From an uncultured Bacteroidaceae bacterium (GTDB lineage: Bacteria > Bacteroidota > Bacteroidia > Bacteroidales > Bacteroidaceae), in the NCBI GenBank assembly GCA_905233765.1, contig CAJOCU010000005.1:31811-95810 (forward strand): DNA of 64,000 nucleotides, written 5' to 3'. The position numbers and the translations under genes were made by a program. Positions 1 to 8,200 of this stretch are shown piece by piece. Under the pieces are notes generated by a model. The model was not told the DNA's origin and searched no databases. It saw only the letters and a program-made list of their open reading frames with translations. The stretch's first letter is position 1; each line of letters opens with the position of its first letter.

Positions 1-792
1 GGCTTCGTTCATGTCGTGGGTTATGAGCGTCACGGCATTCTCGTTGGAGGAGACGTAGCAAGCCTGTTCATCTTTCAGTGTATGGAAGACGTATCTGTAG
101 TCCTTGGCGTTGGTAAAGACGAGCGGGAAGAGGTCTATGGTCCAGATGGGTTGTGACTGAAGGGATTTTGGATAGGAAATCCGATATCGGCTTTCTTGGA
201 TGTCGTAGTCGCAGAGGGTCAGGGGGTGCAGTGATTGGAGGAGTTTGATAAGGCGTGGCTCCAGTTGTGTGACGACATCGCGATAGATGTTCTCGGAGAG
301 TGTTGTGCTATGGCCTCGATATTCGTTTCTGATCTGAACGATGCTGGGTGTTCGTTTGTCGCCTAGGAGGATGTTTTTGTGTTTCTCCAGTAGGTTCTCT
401 TGAAACGCTTGTGCTAGGGTGTTGTCCGGCAGGTGTTTGATGGCTGCAAGTAGGAGTGGATTCAGGAGATCGGCCAGCCAGTCGCCGAGGGAGAGTGGGC
501 GCTTCAGGTCGATTTTATTGACATAGGTTTCCAGGACGGCTTGCACTTGTGGGGTCTCCGTTGCTTTCTCCTGCAACAGTCGCAAGAAGATAAATGAAAC
601 GAAGGGTGTGGCGATCTCAAAGAAATCGAGAACGTGGTTCATGGCCTTGCCATATTGTCCCTGTTGGATGGCAGTCATAGCCTTTTGGACAGGGTATGCC
701 AGGGTGTAGGGCAGTTTGGCCATGGACTGTTCGAGGAGCGTTTGGTAGGCCAGTGTCTCGTTTTCGGAGTATTGATTGAGAAATAGTGGCAT
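1..792 (-). CDS. hypothetical protein, N-terminal 264 codons only (gene runs off the left edge)
   Basis: Absent from the ORF track because it has no stop in the window. Reading the reverse complement from the ATG at 792-790 gives an open frame to position 1 (MPLFLNQYSENETLAYQTLLEQSMAKLPYTLAYPVQKAM...ITHDMNEA). A TATTTTTG box lies about 30 nt upstream. No family recognised by eye. Confidence 0.6.
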   Translation of the reverse strand, partial: MPLFLNQYSENETLAYQTLLEQSMAKLPYTLAYPVQKAMTAIQQGQYGKAMNHVLDFFEIATPFVSFIFLRLLQEKATETPQVQAVLETYVNKIDLKRPLSLGDWLADLLNPLLLAAIKHLPDNTLAQAFQENLLEKHKNILLGDKRTPSIVQIRNEYRGHSTTLSENIYRDVVTQLEPRLIKLLQSLHPLTLCDYDIQESRYRISYPKSLQSQPIWTIDLFPLVFTNAKDYRYVFHTLKDEQACYVSSNENAVTLITHDMNEA

Positions 793-820
793 AGAGGGAG
801 TTATTTCTTCTTTTTGGTGG

Positions 821-828
821 CAAAAATA
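821..828 (-). promoter_or_regulatory. Bacteroidetes -7 promoter box (TATTTTTG) for the leftward partial gene
   Basis: The reverse complement of caaaaata matches TAnnTTTG, about 30 nt upstream of the ATG at 792. Confidence 0.45.
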
Positions 829-871
829 CGCTTTTTTCTTGATTTTCGGTGCACGAATGCATTTTAATTAT

Positions 872-879
872 TATTTTTG
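872..879 (+). promoter_or_regulatory. Bacteroidetes -7 promoter box (TATTTTTG) for the 902..2224 gene
   Basis: tatttttg matches TAnnTTTG, 23 nt upstream of the ATG at 902. Confidence 0.45.
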
Positions 880-901
880 CAGCAATAAAAGCTGTTTAGT
901 C

Positions 902-2224
902 ATGGAACCGTTGCACCAACATATTGCTTTCCTGTGTGGACATTTTAAGGTCTCTGGGGCCCCTTCTTCGAAGGCGTTGCAGGGTCTGGGATGGGAGAGG
1001 TTCAATCTCCCGGAGAACGTGAGAAGGATAGAGAAAAGGTTTTTCTATCCAGAATACGTGGATTTCTGCTATGCTGATGCCTCGGGCAAGAGTTGCACCA
1101 GGTATGTGAAGCATGTTGACGAGGAGTTGGAGATCAGCGTAAAGGAGAAGGTCATCCGTTTTGGTGTGAAGGAGATCACGCTCTATCTGATGCCATTTAG
1201 GATGGCGATGTTCTCGATTCATATTGAGCAGACGACGAACGACTTGGACGACTGTACGGCGTTGCTTTTCAGCCTTCGCTCCATTGACTATTACACGGAA
1301 GCGCACGGTGCGTTTGTGGAGAAGGCGATACGACCATTCATGGACGTGTTCGAAGTCCTGACGGGTGCGAAGGCGATGAGCTACTCGGAGCTGATAGACA
1401 ATGGTAACAAGTTGCGTATCTTTCAGATTGTCAATACGATGGATGCGGACATGGCGGCATGGACAGAGGCAGATAAGGACAAGGTGCTGTATGAGTTGGC
1501 GACAGTGTCGAAGATCACGAGGCCTGGGGAGGTGGATGACTACAGCGCTTCGGCGGCATATCTGGAGAAGATCATAGAGCGCAGTAAGATCTCGGTGTTC
1601 CGTAACTGGAGTGGTCTGGCGTTAATGGACACGTTTACGATTCATGCTTTTGGTGTGTCTGTGAGGTTTGTCAATAACTGGGTTGACAGTTACTTCAGGA
1701 TGATTTATATCCATAGTATTTTCCAGAAGAGTTATCTGTTCAACCTGAATATACGTTTCCGGAACTCTTTGGCTCGCTCGTCGGCTTCGTGGAAGTCGAA
1801 GCTTCGAAACCTGCATATACAAGGAACGAACGTTGGTCAGTTGGTGGAGGAGTATGAATCGTTTGAGCAGAAGTGCTGTTTTCACAAGATTTCCTATAAT
1901 TTCCTGCCGCTGGAAATTGCCGCCAGCATTGACAAGGGGCTGGAGATTCAGGAGGAGATGGCGCAGCTATACAAGATGATGGAGAAAGAGAAGACCCGCC
2001 GCGACGAGGCTAACGACAAGATGGTGAACACGCTGCTGTTCAGTCTCTCGTTGCTGACGCTCTTCTCGGCCATTTGGGATATCAGTTGTCTGTTGGACCA
2101 GATGTATCCTTTTGCCGAGTATTTGGGCGGTCAGCCGTTGGGCTATCGGACCGTTGCATTGTTGTTGTTGTTGGGCGTCAGTGTCCTGCTGCTGGTTATC
2201 TATCGGAGGAAGCGGGTGGAGTGA
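902..2224 (+). CDS. hypothetical membrane protein with a soluble N-domain, a helical stalk and two C-terminal TM helices (CorA-like topology, no GMN motif)
   Basis: Taken from ORF 776..2224, with the start moved to MEPLHQH at 902 because the promoter box lies inside the longer ORF. The C-terminus reads NTLLFSLSLLTLFSAIWDISCLL, loop, TVALLLLLGVSVLLLVIYRRKR. It converges on the NRPS 3-prime end and overlaps it by 29 nt. Confidence 0.6.
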   Translation: MEPLHQHIAFLCGHFKVSGAPSSKALQGLGWERFNLPENVRRIEKRFFYPEYVDFCYADASGKSCTRYVKHVDEELEISVKEKVIRFGVKEITLYLMPFRMAMFSIHIEQTTNDLDDCTALLFSLRSIDYYTEAHGAFVEKAIRPFMDVFEVLTGAKAMSYSELIDNGNKLRIFQIVNTMDADMAAWTEADKDKVLYELATVSKITRPGEVDDYSASAAYLEKIIERSKISVFRNWSGLALMDTFTIHAFGVSVRFVNNWVDSYFRMIYIHSIFQKSYLFNLNIRFRNSLARSSASWKSKLRNLHIQGTNVGQLVEEYESFEQKCCFHKISYNFLPLEIAASIDKGLEIQEEMAQLYKMMEKEKTRRDEANDKMVNTLLFSLSLLTLFSAIWDISCLLDQMYPFAEYLGGQPLGYRTVALLLLLGVSVLLLVIYRRKRVE

Positions 2225-5200
2225 AGAAGTCGAAGCCGACGATGGTATCTACGAAGCGGTGGACGTAGTCGGCAGCGGTGGTGGGCCACTGGAAGCCGAG
2301 GCGATAGAGCACCTGCGTAGTGTATTCGTTGTCGGCCTCTATCCAACGCGTCTTATGACCAATGCCCATGTCGTAGGCCATCAGCGGACGTAACAGGGTG
2401 ACGAGGTCGGGATTCTCCATCATCTTCTCTAATGCCTGTTGATATTCCTCGTTCTCTACACGCTTTAGCGTAATGCCTGCCTCGGAAAAGCCTGTGAGGA
2501 TATCGCTGAGGAACTGGCGATGGGTGTTCGAGGGATGGAACACCATGCACTCTTTCGGTGTCTGTGCCAACAGCATAATGGCGTGGGCCACCTCGTCGAT
2601 GGGGGAGAACTCGAAACGCTGGTCGAGGGCTTCGTAGGGCACCATACCTATCACGACATAGGCACGCAACTTGGCCAGGAAGTTGTTGGTGTTGAAGTTG
2701 ATTTGGAACTCACCATCCTTCTGACGTGCCGACAGGTTGCCCACACGCATGATTTTGGCATTCAACCCATGGTTAGCAATGGCGTCAAGCACCAACTCCT
2801 CGGCCTTGTACTTCGAATAGACGTACTTGTTGGCATCGATATTCTGCCCGATATCAAGCAGTTGTTCTGTCAACTTCACCTCAGGCCCTGGCACGTTGTC
2901 GACGCTGATGCCTGCAATGCTGTTCGTGGAGATATGAATCAGGCGTGAACCTGTGCGCAGGCAGAAGGTGATGAGGTGGCGCACCGACTCAATGTTCACC
3001 ATTTCTATGTCGTTGCCCGCAGAGAAATGCTTCACGTTGGCTACGCAGTTGATGACCGTTAAGGCCCCACCCCCGCCCCCTCCCCTGTTAGGGAGGGGAG
3101 CATTGTCTAGGGCATTGGGCTGTGTGACCTCTGCTGCGAAGGCGGTGATGCGCTCGCCAAAATGCTGGAAGGCCTCTGTCTTACCGAAGTAATAGAAGTA
3201 CATCGTCTTCAGACGGCTCGTGGCCTCCTCGTCGCCTTTCGCGCGGATAGGACAGAGGATGTGCCCCTCGTAGTTCGTCAACAGCTCGTTCAAGATATGG
3301 ATCCCGAGATAACCCGTAGCCCCTGTCAGCAGCACATCGCCAATAGGCTGACGTTTTCCATTGTGGAATGAAGAGAGGGTGTTCTTTGTGAGGATGGAAG
3401 GAGCCCCCCCCACGGCCCCCGAGGGGGCTTCTATTGTTGCGTTGTCAGAGGACATTTGTATAGTGTCCCCCTCGGGGGACGACAGGGGGGCTCTCACAAA
3501 TGCAGCCAACGCCTTGGGTGTCTTCAGATTGAACAGGTCGTTGAAGACAATCTGCACGCCGTGTTTGCTGGCTTCCACGATGACCTTGATGGCATTGATG
3601 CTGGTGCCGCCAATCTCGAAGAAGTTGTCCGTGGCGCCTACCTCCTGAATCTTCAGTACGTCGGAGAAGATGGTGCAGAAAAGTTCTTCCATCTCGCCCT
3701 TTGGTGCCTCATACTCGGTGGCACGCTTCATCTCTGGTACAGGCAGTGCCTTGCGGTTGATTTTACCGTTGGGCGTCATCGGCATCACCTCCATCTTCAT
3801 GTAGACATCGGGCACCATATAGTCGGCCAGAGACGAGGCTTTGAGGGCGGTGCAGATGTCTTCGTCTCCGATGGCAGAACCATCGGACACAGTATAGTAA
3901 AGCACCAGGTGCTCGTTGCCCTGCACCTTGCGCACCTCGGCAGCGGCCTGACGGATGCCTTCGATGTTGAGGGCCTTGTTCTCGATTTCGCCCAGCTCGA
4001 TGCGGAAGCCGCGCAGTTTCACCTGGGTGTCGATACGACCGAGGTATTCAAGCTGTCCCTCGTCGTTCCAGCGGCAGAGGTCTCCGGTGTGGTACATCCG
4101 CACGGGACGTCCCCAGCGGTCTTCCTTCACGAACGGACAATCGACGAACGATGTTGCAGTGCGCTCCGGCAGACGCCAATAGCCGCGCCCCACCTGAATA
4201 CCGGCAAAGCATAGTTCACCGGCTACGCCCTGTGGCACGAGATTGCCAGCTGTATCCACGATGAAGTTCCAGTTGTTGGCTACGCTTTGGCCGATAGGAA
4301 TATTCTCCACACGACGGCCAGGAGCGATGGCGTAGTAAGAGGTGTCGTCGGTACACTCCGTAGGACCATAGACATTGATGATCTCGATGTGGTCGCTATA
4401 GACACCGTCCATCTTCTCGCCGCCACCCGTGGTGAAGCGGATAGGCAGGTCGTCGAAGGCATTGAGCAGCAGACTGGTCATCGCGGTGGAATAGCCGCCC
4501 CCCGTACACTGATGGTCGATGAGGAACTGGCGTATCTGTGCAAGGTCCTTGCGAATCTCCGTCGGCATGACATGGAACGAGCCACCCAGCGTCAGCACAG
4601 GATACATATCCTCGATGTGGGCATCGAACGAGAACGAGCGGTGTCCGCTGATGCGGTCGGCAGCCGTCAGTTTCTCCATATCGATGACCACAGCAATGAA
4701 GTTACGCAAGCCGGCTTGATGGAGCATGGCGCCCTTGGGTTTGCCTGTGGAGCCGGAGGTGTAGATCATATAGGCAAGGCCATCGGGAGAAGATAAATCA
4801 AGGGGTGTGTCGGCGGGTAAACCGCCGACCGCACTGGCCATGAAGTCATCAATGAAGAAAGTACGGGCGGCAGCGGTGCTGAAGTCGCCCTCGGCCTGCT
4901 TTGCTTCAAGGACGGCATGAGTGGTAATCAGCACTTTCGACTCCGAATTCTCCAGCATATAACTCAAGCGTTCGTTGGGGTATTCGAAGTCCAGCGGCGT
5001 ATAAGCGGCACCGGCCTTGTGGATTGACAGCACGGCCAACGGGAACTCCTTGAAACGGTCGAGCATGACGCAGACGAAATCATTGGGCTGTACGCCGAAA
5101 TCTATCAGCTGGTGCGCCAATGCATTCGAGTAATTATCCATTTCAGCGTAGGTCAACTGACTGTCCCTATCCACCACAGCGGGGGCATCGGGCGTTCGCT

Positions 5201-8200
5201 TGGCCTGTTCGGTGAAGAGGTTGGCAAAGGTCTTACTAATGTCGATGTCGATTTCCTTTCCCGTACCTATTTTAATAATGCGCTGGGCCTCCTCGTCGCT
5301 GACAATGCTAATACTGGTCAAGGCTGCATCGGGCTTTGCTATCATCCGTTCTACCGTCACCTTCACGGCATCTGCGAGACTCTGCATCAAACGGGCAGAG
5401 TATTTTCCGTTGTCATATTCTACACAGACACATGCCTGACCATTGATGTCGCGGATGAAGAAAGTGATGGGGAACTTGGGTACTTGAAGTTCCAGACCTT
5501 CTATCTCCAAGGGTGTACCCTGACAGACGTATTGGCTGATCATGCCCAATTGATAAACAAGCTGAATCTCAGCCGTCAAACCGTAGTCGGCAGCAATCTG
5601 TGCAAACGGATAGTTCTCGTGGCGAAGGGTCTCGTCGAAGTTTTCGCTGACCTCCTGCAGGAACTCCTTCACACTTTGTTTTCCGATAGTAGCACTCAGA
5701 GCCAGCGTATTGACAAACATGCCCACGGTGTTGCGGATGTGTAGGTTGGAGCGACCGCTTGAGACGGTGGTAATGCAGACCTGCTCGTTGTTGGCAAATC
5801 GCGACAAAGAATAGTAAATGGCCGACAGAATCAAATGGGCCGGCGTGATATGGTTGCCACGACAGAAGGCATCGATAGCCTCGAAATCAAGAGAAGAGAT
5901 GGCTTTGCCGATTGTTCCCTTCGAGGGGTTCGGCAGGTCTGGACGCACCTCCGTAGCGGTTTCTACTACGGACAGCCGTTCTTTAAAGAAATCCTTGGCA
6001 GCCTGATAGTCTGCCCCACCTTCTGCAACTTTTTCGGCTGTCACATAGGCCGCATAATTCTGGTCTTCATCCTCAATGGAATAACCATTGAGCACACTGC
6101 ATAGCTGCTGGAGGAAGATATCAACAGAACCACCATCGAATATCAGGTGGTGCACATCCATCATCAGATAGGTCTGCCGTTCTGTAGTTACTATCTCAAA
6201 ACGATAGAGCGGACCCTTGTTGAGGTCGAAAGGACGTACAAAGTCGTGCTTATATGATGACAACTCCTCCTCGCTCATCTGCTTCACAGGAATCTCCACA
6301 GCCTGCTCCAAATCAACGGTCTGTACGATGCCCTCGTCTCCGTTACCGAAGTGAGCGGTCATCTCAGGATGCACCTTCACAAGCGTCCTGAGGGCCTCTG
6401 CCAATTGGGCAGTATCCGTTTGCTGCGGGAAAGCAATCTTGTTAGGAATGTTATAGAGCGTAGTCTCCGGATTCTTCAAACAGTCGAAATAGACACCTGT
6501 CTGGGCGTAGGACAGGGGGACAGCCTCACCCCCATCCCCTCTCCAGTAGAGGGGCGTAGATAGATTCTGTTCTTGAGAGTGACCACTCCCCTCGCCCTTT
6601 GTGAGGTTTCTCCATATCTCATTTTCAATGCTCTGCAGGGTGCCGCTTTTGACAAGAGACTTTGAATCTAATGTCACGCCATAGCGCTTATTCACCTGAA
6701 TGGCCAATTTAATGGCTGAGATAGAGGTGAGTCCGGCATAGCCCAAAACAGTTGTGATGCCGAAATCCGTGTTTCCAACGATGGCCGCAATCATCTCATG
6801 CAGTTCCTGCTCGAGGACGTTTAAGGGAGCCTGCTCGGTTTGTTGCGATGACATCGCAACAGACTTGACGGGTTTCGGCAGGGCGCGTTTGTTCACCTTC
6901 TGGTTTTGGTTCAATGGAATCTTGTCAATCTGCATCGTCACTGCAGGCACCATGTAGGGCGGTTTCTGATCAAGGATAAAGCTATTTAAAGCTTCGGTGT
7001 CCACCTGTTGGTCGCTGACGATATAGGCCGCAATGAACTTGCCGCCATTCTCGTCATCGAAGGCCTGCACCGTGGCATCCTTGATGCCGGGAAACTCGCG
7101 AATGACAGCTTCCACCTCCTTCAGCTCAATGCGGAAACCGCGAATCTTCACCTGGCCATCCCTGCGGCCGATGAACTGCAGGTTGCCGTCGGGCAGCCAG
7201 CGCACGATGTCGCCAGTCTTATATACCCGAGCATATTTTTCATTGTCTGTAAAGGGATTCTGAATAAACACTTCTGCGTTCTTGTCCGGTCGGTTCAGGT
7301 ATCCGAGTGCCACTTGCGGTCCGGCTACCCACATTTCACCCATAGCCCCCACAGGCAGACGACGTCCCTGTTGATCGACTACATAAAGCCGCACATTGTC
7401 CAAAGGTTTGCCAATGGGGACATCCGTATCTTTCTTTGTGATAGGATAGACAGTGATGATGATGGTGGCCTCCGTAGGACCATAGCCGTTGTGCAACTGA
7501 TAGCCTTGAGGCGGAGCGATACTGGCCAGTTTCTCGCCAGCCACCGAGAGATGCATCAAGGAGTGATTCTCAATGTTCGTTGCAAACTGATAGCCCACCT
7601 GTGTAGTCATGAAGGTATGGGTGATGTGTTCGCGCTCCAGGTATTCGTTGAGCGACACAAGATCCAGGCGCAGTTCCTCAGGGATGATGTGCACGGTGGC
7701 ACCGCGCGTCAGTGGCGGATAGATACCCTCCTGATGGACATCGAAACCATAGCTGGCATATTCAGCCACATTATGCTCTGGCTTTAGGTCGTAATATTTC
7801 CAGTACCAGTTGCAGTAGCATACCAGATTGGCATGTGTCAGTTGGCAACCTTTGGGAATGCCTGTCGAGCCGGAGGTATAAAGGAGGATAAAAAGAGAGT
7901 CGGGTTTCGGTTCCGTAGGCTGCGACAGAGTCGCAGCTAACGAAAGCAGGTCCTTGGTCAGCAGCACTTCGCCCTGATATTCGTCAACGAGGTCACGCAA
8001 CTCCTCGTCGGCAATGAGCAACTTCGCGCCGGCATCTTTCATCATGAAGTTCAGGCGTTCCTTCGGATAGCTGGGATCCAGCGGCTGATAGGCACAGCCA
8101 GCCTTCAGCACGCCGAGTGAGGCAATAGCCATCCACTCGCAGCGAGGAATGATGACAGAAACGGCATCGCCCACGCCCAGTCCTTTGGATACGATATAGC

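Noticed and set aside
3071-3100. Homopolymer-type sequencing artefact as the source of the G/C runs (hexa-glycine, C8 run at 3404-3411)
   Set aside because: All the host ORFs stay open across every unit, and the units align with each other at several loci. Random indel artefacts would not do that. Read-level confirmation is still advisable.
3456-4214. Long + strand ORFs opposite the NRPS (3456..4214, 4287..4796, 5112..5744, 7008..7787, 8247..9038 and others)
   Set aside because: They are antisense shadows of a GC-rich 7.4 kb gene. Their translations are low-complexity with no motifs, while the minus frame carries a full set of NRPS core motifs.
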